Assembly (NCBI RefSeq): GCF_000195955.2
Contig: NC_000962.3
Coordinates: forward strand, 4,020,001 to 4,052,000
Direction: 5' to 3'
Source of the DNA: Mycobacterium tuberculosis H37Rv
GTDB lineage: Bacteria > Actinomycetota > Actinomycetes > Mycobacteriales > Mycobacteriaceae
DNA: 32,000 nt
The position numbers were made by a program, and so were the translations under genes. The notes beneath the pieces were generated by a model that worked only from the letters and a program-made list of their open reading frames with translations, was not told the DNA's origin and did not search any database. Positions 13,269-23,040 of this stretch are shown here, one piece after another. How positions within the stretch are numbered: the stretch's first letter is position 1; every line of letters begins with the position of its first letter.

Positions 13269-14042
13269 TCACGGGGTAAGCCCCGCCAGGAACGACTCCA
13301 CCGCCCGCCGGTAAACCTGTGGAGCCTCGTCATGAACCAGATGACCGGCGTCGGGAACACGCAAATACGCTGTCGGATAATCTCTTTCAGCCATCGCGCG
13401 CATCTGGCCCGGGGGAGTTACCCCATCGCCGGCCTCGATGAGCAGCGCCGGCGACCGTACGGCCCGCCACTGCGCCCAGTAGTCACGGGTGCCCCATTCG
13501 GCGGCGATCTCGATCCATCGTGCGGTGCGCCCGTGTAGCCGCCACCCGGTGGCCGTGCGGTCGAATGCGTCCAGGAAGTACCGGCCGGCGACGGGCCCGA
13601 ACTCGGCGAATACCTGTTCGGCAGAGTCGAATTCGACCGGAAGGGCGCGCAGCCACGGCTCCCATGGGCCGGTGGTCCTACCACGGAAGTCCGGCGCCAT
13701 GTCCTCGACCACCAGCGCCGAAACCAGTTCCGGGCGCTCGGCAGCCAGACACCACGAATGCAAGGCTCCCATCGAATGTCCGACCATCCTGGTCGGCGCG
13801 CCCAGCGCCGAAACCGCGTCGCCCAGATCGGCCACGAAGCGTTCGGTGCTGATCGGGTGTGGATCGGCGACGTCACGCCCGCGGTGCCAGGGCGCGTCGT
13901 AGGTGTACACGGCGCCTAACAGCGTCAGCCACGGAAGCTGACGGGCCCAGGTGGAACCCCTACCCATCAAGCCGTGCACCAGGACCAACGGCTCGCCCCG
14001 TCCGCCGCGATGGGTTAACAGATTCGCTGGCATGCGGGGCAC
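13269..14042 (-). CDS. Alpha/beta-fold hydrolase (Rv3591c-like)
   Basis: 257 aa. It has an HG oxyanion motif (LVLVHGLMG), the nucleophile elbow GHSMG and a C-terminal catalytic-His region (DAGHLVHDE). The GTG start is at 14042, with an alternative ATG at 14033. Confidence 0.85.
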   Translation of the reverse strand: MPRMPANLLTHRGGRGEPLVLVHGLMGRGSTWARQLPWLTLLGAVYTYDAPWHRGRDVADPHPISTERFVADLGDAVSALGAPTRMVGHSMGALHSWCLAAERPELVSALVVEDMAPDFRGRTTGPWEPWLRALPVEFDSAEQVFAEFGPVAGRYFLDAFDRTATGWRLHGRTARWIEIAAEWGTRDYWAQWRAVRSPALLIEAGDGVTPPGQMRAMAERDYPTAYLRVPDAGHLVHDEAPQVYRRAVESFLAGLTP

Positions 14043-14044
14043 GG

Positions 14045-14050
14045 TAGCCT
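14045..14050 (+). promoter_or_regulatory. Candidate -10 hexamer TAGCCT positioned for a leaderless mhuD transcript
   Basis: TAGCCT-agcggc-ATG(14057) has a 6-nt spacer. The 7-bp core TAGCCTA also reads TAGGCT on the opposite strand, facing the divergent hydrolase gene. Confidence 0.4.
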
Positions 14051-14056
14051 AGCGGC

Positions 14057-14374
14057 ATGCCAGTGGTGAAGATCAACGCAATCGAGGTGCCCGCCGGCGC
14101 TGGCCCCGAGCTGGAGAAGCGGTTCGCTCACCGCGCGCACGCGGTCGAGAACTCCCCGGGTTTCCTCGGCTTTCAGCTGTTACGTCCGGTCAAGGGTGAA
14201 GAACGCTACTTCGTGGTGACACACTGGGAGTCCGATGAAGCATTCCAGGCGTGGGCAAACGGGCCCGCCATCGCAGCCCATGCCGGACACCGGGCCAACC
14301 CCGTGGCGACCGGTGCTTCGCTGCTGGAATTCGAGGTCGTGCTTGACGTCGGTGGGACCGGCAAGACTGCATAA
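14057..14374 (+). CDS. mhuD: Heme-degrading monooxygenase MhuD (IsdG/ABM family)
   Basis: 105 aa with an ABM-domain fold signature. The IsdG-type catalytic residues are in the expected context: N in KINAIEV, W in FQAWANG and H in AAHAGH. Confidence 0.9.
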   Translation: MPVVKINAIEVPAGAGPELEKRFAHRAHAVENSPGFLGFQLLRPVKGEERYFVVTHWESDEAFQAWANGPAIAAHAGHRANPVATGASLLEFEVVLDVGGTGKTA

Positions 14375-15710
14375 CCGGCGCGCGGGGCGCCGGATGCTGG
14401 CGTTAAGCGCCGCGGCGGCATTGATTGTGGCGCTGGCGTCGGGTTGCTCCTCAGCTCCGACGCCGTCCGCGAACGCGGCAAATCACGGGCACCGGATCGA
14501 CACCAGAACTCCGCCTGGTCTGCGGGCGCAACAGACCATGGACATGCTCAACTCGGACTGGCCGATCGGCGAGATCGGCGTTGGCACTCTCGCCGCGCCC
14601 GGGCAGGTCGACACGGTCAAGACCACCATGGAAGCGCTCTGGTGGGATCGCCCGTTCGCGCTGGCCGGCGTCGATATCGGCGCCAGTGTGGCCGCGTTGC
14701 ACCTCATCTCCTCTTACGGCGCGCAACAAGACATCCGCATTCATACCGACGACGACGGCTGGGTTGACCGATTCGACGTCGAAACGCAGGCGCCGTCGAT
14801 CGCTTCGTGGCGCGACGTCGACGCGGCGCTGAGCAAGACCGGCGCCCGCTACTCATTTCAGGTGGCAAAGGTCGACAACGGTCGCTGCGACCCGGTGGCG
14901 GGCACCAACACCGGCGAATCCCTGCCGCTGGCATCGATCTTCAAGTTGTACGTGTTACATGCGCTGGCCGGTGCGGTCCAGCACAACACGGTGTCCTGGG
15001 ATGATCTGCTGACGGTCACCGCCAAAAGCAAAGCCGTGGGCTCTTCCGGCCTGGAACTGCCTGTGGGGGCACGTGTTTCGGTTCGCACAGCCGCCGAGAA
15101 GATGATCGCCACCAGTGACAACATGGCCACCGACTTGCTGATCGAAAGGCTGGGCACCCGCGCCATCGAGGAAGCGCTGGCCAGCGCCGGCCATCACGAT
15201 CCGGCCAGCATGACCCCCTTCCCCACGATGTACGAGCTGTTCTCCGTCGGCTGGGGCAAGCCAGATCTGCGTGACCAGTGGAAGCATGCGACCCAACAGG
15301 TCCGTGCCCAGATACTGCGGCAAACCAATTCCACGCCCTACCAACCCGACCCAACGCGCGCTCACACTCCGGCGTCAAACTACGGTGCGGAATGGTACGG
15401 CAGCGCCGAAGATATCTGCCGTGTGCACGCGGCACTGCGAGCCGACGCGGTCGGCCCGGCCTCGCCCGTCCGACAGATCATGTCCGCCGTCCCGGGTATC
15501 CAGCTGGACCGCAGCGTGTGGCCCTATATCGGCGCGAAAGCAGGTGGCCTGCCAGGCGATCTGACGTTCAGCTGGTACGCCGTCGACAAGACCGGCCAAC
15601 CATGGGTGGTGAGCTTTCAGCTGAACTGGCCCCGCGATCACGGACCGACGGTGACCGGCTGGATGCTGCAGGTCGCCAGGCAAGTCTTTGCGTTGATAGC
15701 GCCACAATAG
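14352..15710 (+). CDS. lpqF: Lipoprotein LpqF, a class A beta-lactamase-fold protein (Cpe/LpqF family)
   Basis: GTG 14352 gives 452 aa with N-terminus VGPARLHNRRAGRRMLALSAAAALIVALASGC (basic n-region, lipobox L-A-S-G-C). An alternative ATG at 14394 would lack the basic n-region. The serine-hydrolase motifs are SIFK (SxxK), SDN and KAG (KxG). Confidence 0.8.
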   Translation: MGPARLHNRRAGRRMLALSAAAALIVALASGCSSAPTPSANAANHGHRIDTRTPPGLRAQQTMDMLNSDWPIGEIGVGTLAAPGQVDTVKTTMEALWWDRPFALAGVDIGASVAALHLISSYGAQQDIRIHTDDDGWVDRFDVETQAPSIASWRDVDAALSKTGARYSFQVAKVDNGRCDPVAGTNTGESLPLASIFKLYVLHALAGAVQHNTVSWDDLLTVTAKSKAVGSSGLELPVGARVSVRTAAEKMIATSDNMATDLLIERLGTRAIEEALASAGHHDPASMTPFPTMYELFSVGWGKPDLRDQWKHATQQVRAQILRQTNSTPYQPDPTRAHTPASNYGAEWYGSAEDICRVHAALRADAVGPASPVRQIMSAVPGIQLDRSVWPYIGAKAGGLPGDLTFSWYAVDKTGQPWVVSFQLNWPRDHGPTVTGWMLQVARQVFALIAPQ

Positions 15711-15757
15711 ATCGCTACAGCCCAGGCATCCGGAGGTATCCGCGGCTCGCTTCCGTA

Positions 15758-15773
15758 ACGACCGGCCGGTCGT
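15758..15773 (+). terminator. Weak candidate hairpin (16-bp palindrome ACGACCGGCCGGTCGT) downstream of lpqF
   Basis: A perfect palindrome lies 48 nt after the lpqF stop. It has no U-tract. A 16-bp palindrome is only marginally unexpected in 32 kb of GC-rich DNA. Confidence 0.2.
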
Positions 15774-15856
15774 GCTCGACGTGAACAACGAGACACTTCC
15801 CGCGCCGGTGCGTTCGACGGCCGATTCGCTCCGGCTCACCGATAGGAGGCGCCACC

Positions 15857-16684
15857 GTGGGATGGATCGGCGATCCGATTTGGCTCGAGGAGGTGCTACG
15901 GCCGGCACTCGGCGAGCGCCTGCGGGTGCTCGACGGCTGGCGGGAACGCGGACACGGCGACTTTCGCGATATCCGCGGTGTGATGTGGCACCACACCGGC
16001 AACTCACGTGAGACCGCCAAAAGCATTGCCCGCGGCCGGCCCGACTTACCCGGCCCGCTGGCCAATCTGCACATCGCGCACAGCGGGGTCGTAACGATCG
16101 TCGCGGTAGGCGTGTGCTGGCACGCCGGCCGCGGCAGCTACCCGTGGCTGCCAACCGACAACGCCAACTGGCACATGATTGGCGTCGAGTGCGCGTGGCC
16201 GACCATCCGGCGTGACGGCTCCTACGACGCCGGTGAGCGCTGGCCTGACGCGCAGATCGTGAGCATGCGAGACGTCGCCGCGGCGCTCACGCTCAAGCTC
16301 GGCTACGGGCCCGAACGCAATATTGGGCACAAAGAGTATGCCGGGGCGGCTCAAGGCAAATGGGACCCGGGAAACCTGTCGATGGACTGGTTTCGCGCCG
16401 AGGTGGCAAAGGACACGCGGGGCGAGTTCGACCACCCCCTCACCCCGCCGCCGGCGGTGATTGCCCGCCCACCGATTCTGCCCAAGCCGCGCAACCCGCG
16501 TGACGATCGCATCCTGCTCGAGGAGGTGTGGGACCAGCTACGCGGCATCGAGGGCCGCGGCTGGCCGGTACTCGGCGACAAGACGATCGTCGACTACCTA
16601 GCCGAGCTCGGCAATAAGGTCGACGCCCTGGCCGCAAAACTCGACGCGCGCGAGGGCCTCGACCGGCCCAGTGACACTCGGTAG
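15857..16684 (+). CDS. N-acetylmuramoyl-L-alanine amidase (Amidase_2/PGRP type, phage-endolysin-like) with a distinct C-terminal domain (Rv3594-like)
   Basis: 275 aa. GTG 15857 lies 7 nt after AGGAGG. The zinc-amidase signature residues are in T7-lysozyme/PGRP-like order: GVMWHHTGN ... NIGHKEY ... KWDPG. Confidence 0.82.
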   Translation: MGWIGDPIWLEEVLRPALGERLRVLDGWRERGHGDFRDIRGVMWHHTGNSRETAKSIARGRPDLPGPLANLHIAHSGVVTIVAVGVCWHAGRGSYPWLPTDNANWHMIGVECAWPTIRRDGSYDAGERWPDAQIVSMRDVAAALTLKLGYGPERNIGHKEYAGAAQGKWDPGNLSMDWFRAEVAKDTRGEFDHPLTPPPAVIARPPILPKPRNPRDDRILLEEVWDQLRGIEGRGWPVLGDKTIVDYLAELGNKVDALAAKLDAREGLDRPSDTR

Positions 16685-16730
16685 CTGCTCCAGCAGGCGG
16701 CGGGGTGCTGACGGACCCGCTGCAACGATG

Positions 16731-18050
16731 TCAACCGGGCTGGCCCGGCTGGCCGGGCTGGCCGGGTGCACCTTCAGGGCCGAACTGGCCGAGGTTGCCG
16801 TCGCCGCCACGGCCCGCAGGCCCAACGCCCGGGGAGCCGGCCACACCGGGCTCACCACCGCCCCCGCCATTACCCCCGCTACCGGCGGCACCGCCCAGCC
16901 CGGAGCTACCGGAGACGCCGAACAGGCCGCCCGCGCCGCCCGCGCCGCCCGCGCCGCCGTCTCCGCCGGCGCCGCCGTCACCGCCGATCCCGCCGTTACC
17001 CCCGTCACCAGCGTCACCCCCAACGCCTGGTTGCCCGGCGCCGCCCATTCCGCCCTGACCGCCGGTGCCGCCCCGGGCGCCGATGCCGCCTTCGCCCCCT
17101 GTGCCCCCGATGCCACCTGCGCCGCCGTCGCCGACCAGGAGCCCACCCCGACCGCCAGAGCCGCCGGCCCCGCCGGTCCCCCCGGTGCCGCCGGTCCCGC
17201 CGGTCCCGCCAACGGACAGGCCAGTACCGCCAGTGCCACCGGTGCCACCGGTTTGCCCGAACTCGGTGCCTGGCTGGCCGGGTCCGCCCGGTTCACCGTT
17301 GTTACCCATGCTGCCCTGGCCCGCCGGGACGGTCAGGGGGTTGACCCCGGCGGCACCCGCCGCGCCGGCCGCGCCGAGCCCCCCGGCCCCACCGTTGCCG
17401 AATAGCCACGCGTTGCCGCCGGCACCACCGGCGCCGCCGTTGCCGCCGGGGATAGTCGCCGCCCCGCCGTTGCCGCCCGCGCCGCCGTTGCCGTACAGCA
17501 GCCCGCCTTGTCCGCCGGACCCGCCGGCCGCACCGGCTCCGCCGGCACCACCGGATCCGCCGTTGCCGATCAACCCGGCCGCCCCGCCGCTGCCGCCGGC
17601 AATCCCCGCGTTCACCCCGGCCGCGCCATTACCGCCATTGCCATACAGCAGCCCGCCCGCCCCGCCGTTTTGCCCGGGCGCCGTCCCGTCGGCACCATCA
17701 CCGATCAACGGACGTCCCAACAGTGCCTGGGTGGGCGCATTGATCGCGTTCAGCAAACTCTGCTGAACGTTGGCGGCCTCGGCGTTGGCATACGCCCCCG
17801 CACCCGCACTCAAGGTCTGCACGAACTGGGCATGAAACGTCGCCGCCTGCGCGCTGATCGTCTGATACGCCTGGGCGTGCGCGCCGAAGAGCGCCGCAAT
17901 CGCCGCCGATACGTCATCTGCGCCCGCGGCCAGCACGCCGGTGGTCGGGATGCTGGCAGCCGCGTTAGCCGCGCTGATCGTCGAACCGAGATTGGCCAAA
18001 TCCGTGGCCGCCGCCGACAGGAACTCCGGAACGGCAATCACAAACGACAT
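16731..18050 (-). CDS. PE_PGRS59: PE-PGRS family protein
   Basis: 439 aa. It has a PE domain ([48 protein letters not shown]...), the linker [11 protein letters not shown], then GGAGG/GGNGG repeats. GGAGG lies 7 nt upstream of the ATG. Confidence 0.9.
   Translation of the reverse strand: MSFVIAVPEFLSAAATDLANLGSTISAANAAASIPTTGVLAAGADDVSAAIAALFGAHAQAYQTISAQAATFHAQFVQTLSAGAGAYANAEAANVQQSLLNAINAPTQALLGRPLIGDGADGTAPGQNGGAGGLLYGNGGNGAAGVNAGIAGGSGGAAGLIGNGGSGGAGGAGAAGGSGGQGGLLYGNGGAGGNGGAATIPGGNGGAGGAGGNAWLFGNGGAGGLGAAGAAGAAGVNPLTVPAGQGSMGNNGEPGGPGQPGTEFGQTGGTGGTGGTGLSVGGTGGTGGTGGTGGAGGSGGRGGLLVGDGGAGGIGGTGGEGGIGARGGTGGQGGMGGAGQPGVGGDAGDGGNGGIGGDGGAGGDGGAGGAGGAGGLFGVSGSSGLGGAAGSGGNGGGGGEPGVAGSPGVGPAGRGGDGNLGQFGPEGAPGQPGQPGQPG
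16734..17650 (-). repeat. PGRS degenerate tandem repeat region of PE_PGRS59, ending in three tandem 9-bp units (16740-16766); boundaries approximate
   Basis: The translation is dominated by GGxGG units. The three units CTGGCCCGG/CTGGCCGGG/CTGGCCGGG encode the C-terminal (GQP)x3. Confidence 0.8.
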
Positions 18051-18157
18051 TGGCCACCTCCGAACAGCTTCCGGACAAACCGACGTCAGCAGAGTCTATT
18101 GTCACAGCGGATCGGCGGTCGCGGTTTTCGCCTAATACGGCCGATGGACCTAGACCG

Positions 18158-20704
<2,547 letters not shown>

Positions 20705-20912
20705 CGGTGGCTACCTGCTCTCCCTCACCATCGGATACAGCGGTCGACACCGCGTACCTGCCGTCCACTGTAATGGTCGGCCTGCCAGGGTTCCTAACCT
20801 TGCGGTGCCTGGTCGGTTCCGGGGCGCAGCGCCCCAAGTCGCCGTTGAACAGAACCGCATAGGAGATAAACGAGAAAACCACCCAAGCGTTTCCGGCGCC
20901 GAGCGGCCATCG

Positions 20913-20929
20913 GTTCGCCGCCAGCGAAC
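20913..20929 (-). promoter_or_regulatory. Candidate ClgR operator GTTCGC-N5-GCGAAC upstream of clpC1
   Basis: A perfect 6+6 inverted repeat matches the Streptomyces ClgR motif GTTCGC-N5-GCG as I recall it. It lies about 209-225 nt upstream of the clpC1 ATG, just downstream of the lsr2 terminator hairpin. Confidence 0.5.
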
Positions 20930-20940
20930 GCGGCAAAGTA

Positions 20941-20970
20941 CCGGCGCCCAGGCTTTCGCCTGGGCGCCGG
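20941..20970 (-). terminator. lsr2 intrinsic terminator hairpin (13-bp GC-rich stem, GAAA tetraloop)
   Basis: The RNA reads CCGGCGCCCAGGC-GAAA-GCCUGGGCGCCGG followed by UACUUUG. It starts 10 nt after the lsr2 stop codon. The stem complementarity is perfect. Confidence 0.6.
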
Positions 20971-20980
20971 TAGCCAAATG

Positions 20981-21319
20981 TCAGGTCGCCGCGTGGTATG
21001 CGTCGATGACGTCGGCCGGGATCCGGCCTCGCGTCGACACATTGTGCCCGTTACGACGAGCCCATTCGCGGATCGCCGCGCTCTGCTCGCGGTCGATCGC
21101 GCCACGTCCACGGCCGGATCCGGAACGGCCGCGCCGGCGCCCACCGACGCGACGGCCCGCCGCCACCCATTGCTTCAGGTCGCCACGCAGTTTCGTGGCA
21201 TTCTTAGTGGAAAGGTCGATCTCATAGGTCACCCCGTCAAGCCCGAATTCGACCGTTTCGTCGGCGGCGCCCGAACCGTCGAAATCGTCGACCAAGGTGA
21301 CGGTTACTTTCTTCGCCAT
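20981..21319 (-). CDS. lsr2: Nucleoid-associated, H-NS-like protein Lsr2
   Basis: 112 aa starting [17 protein letters not shown]. The C-terminal DNA-binding domain carries the AT-hook-like RGRIP motif. Confidence 0.95.
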
Positions 21320-21422
21320 TGGCTTACCCTCGCGTTTCTTCCTGTGCAGTACGGATAGACTCCCCGGTCACCAATCTGCCATAAGAACGCAGAATACTCA
21401 ATCCAGACACAACACCCACAGT

Positions 21423-22940
21423 TCAGTTGGAGTGTGGTCGAACAATCGGGAACAAAACTGTCTCCCTAATTGACAACCCAGTCAAAGACATCAACAACCG
21501 ATCGATACCCATTCCGGTTCCGGTGCACGGTGGCATGCCGTACTCCAGAGCGGCCAGAAAATCCTCGTCAAGCACCATCGCTTCGTCATCGCCAGCGGCC
21601 GCGGCACGGGCCTGGTCGGCGAATCTCTCCCGCTGGACTACCGGGTCGCTTAATTCCGAGTAGCCGGTGGCAAGTTCGATTCCGCGCAGATAGAGGTCCC
21701 ACTTCTCGGTTACGCCGGGGATACTGCGGTGCTGACGGGTCAAAGGCGTTGTCTGAACCGGAAAATCCTTGACAAATGTGGGTGCGCTCAAGCTCTTGCC
21801 CACTGTGCGCTCCCAGAGTTCCTCGATGAGTTTGCCGTGGCCGAAGCCACGGTTGTCATGAATCGCTGGGTCTTTCTCCAGGCCAAGGCTATCGGCGATC
21901 CCACGTAAGCGATCGACCGTCGTCTGCGGTGTGATCTCTTCACCGAGCGCCACAGACAGCGACGGGTACATTTGTATAGTCGCCCATTCTCCGTCGATGT
22001 CATAGACACTGCCGTCGGGCAACGGCAGTTGTCTGGTTCCGATCGCCTCATCGGCCACCTCTTGAATAAGCTCCCGGGTGACGACTGCCGAATCGTCATA
22101 GGTTCCGTAGGTCTGGTAGGTCTCCAGCATGGAGAATTCCGGAGAATGCGTGGAATCGGCTCCTTCGTTTCGGAACACTCGATTAAGTTCGAAGACCTTG
22201 TCGAAACCACCCACGATGCAGCGCTTGAGGAACAGTTCCGGCGCGATCCGCAGGTACAGATCGATGTCTAGGGCATTGGAATGAGTGGCGAACGGACGGG
22301 CCGCCGCACCACCGGCTAACGTCTGCAAGACGGGCGTCTCGACTTCCAGGAACCCACGACGTTGAAGCGCCGTCCGGATCGCGCGGACGACGGCGATCCG
22401 TAGTCGAGCCACCGCGCGCGCTTCCGGTCGAACTATGAGGTCAACATAGCGCTGACGAACCCGCGACTCTTCACTCATCTCTTTGTGCGCGACGGGAAGC
22501 GGCCGCAGCGACTTGGCGGCGATCCGCCAGCAATCCGCCAGGACGGACAGCTCGCCGCGGCGCGAACTGATCACCGCGCCATGCACGTAGACGATGTCGC
22601 CCAGGTCGACATCGGCTTTCCATGCGTCGAGAGCAGCCTGGCCGACCTTGTCGAGGCTGATCATCACTTGCAGCTGGGTACCATCGCCGTCCTGAAGTGT
22701 CGCAAAGCATAGCTTTCCCGAGTTGCGCGCAAAGATCACTCGGCCCGCGACGCCGACGATGTCTTCGGTCGCGGTATCGATCGGCAAGTCAGGGTGGGCG
22801 GCGCGAACCTCGGCCAACGTGTGAGTGCGCGGCACCGCGACGGGATAGGGATCGCGCCCCTGGGCCAGCAAGCGAGCGCGCTTGTCCCGGCGAATCCGGA
22901 ACTGCTCAGGAAGGTCTTCTGCTGTGTCAGCGGCACTCAC
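21423..22940 (-). CDS. lysS: Lysyl-tRNA synthetase (class II)
   Basis: 505 aa with class II motifs ([21 protein letters not shown]; [11 protein letters not shown]). GTG start at 22940. Confidence 0.97.
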
Positions 22941-22954
22941 GACGTGCCAGCTTA
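22937..22954 (-). promoter_or_regulatory. Second copy of the 18-nt start-site element TAAGCTGGCACGTCGTGA (candidate -10 TAAGCT at 22954-22949, then 8 nt, then the GTG of lysS)
   Basis: Exact 18/18 identity with 3800-3817 at cysS, in the same register relative to the start codon. Confidence 0.4.
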
Positions 22955-23035
22955 AATGACCTCACGCCGACGCTCGTGGGTGGCGTCGAGCCTGTCGGCG
23001 GCGGGCGACCCGGTACCCAGACTCGATGCCGGCAT
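22952..23035 (-). CDS. Doubtful 27-codon ORF between coaX and lysS ([27 protein letters not shown]; position of the annotated short Rv3599c as I recall)
   Basis: It runs from ATG to TAA with mostly G/C third positions, but it has no SD and no recognisable domain. Its stop codon lies inside the candidate lysS -10 hexamer. Confidence 0.2.
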   Translation of the reverse strand: MPASSLGTGSPAADRLDATHERRREVI

Positions 23036-23040
23036 CGACG

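Noticed and set aside
16705-17766. Pro-rich plus-strand ORFs (16705-17058, 17065-17766) and other ORFs antisense to PE_PGRS59
   Set aside because: This is the same shadow-ORF artefact of the PGRS repeat.
15711-18157. Prophage remnant around the phage-like amidase gene
   Set aside because: No integrase, capsid, tail or holin-like ORFs, tRNA target or flanking direct repeats are visible. Only the single lysin-like gene is phage-related.
20821-20835. 15-bp GC palindrome GGGGCGCaGCGCCCC in the clpC1 leader
   Set aside because: The loop is too short for a hairpin. Short GC-only palindromes are expected by chance in this composition, and it matches no operator known to me.
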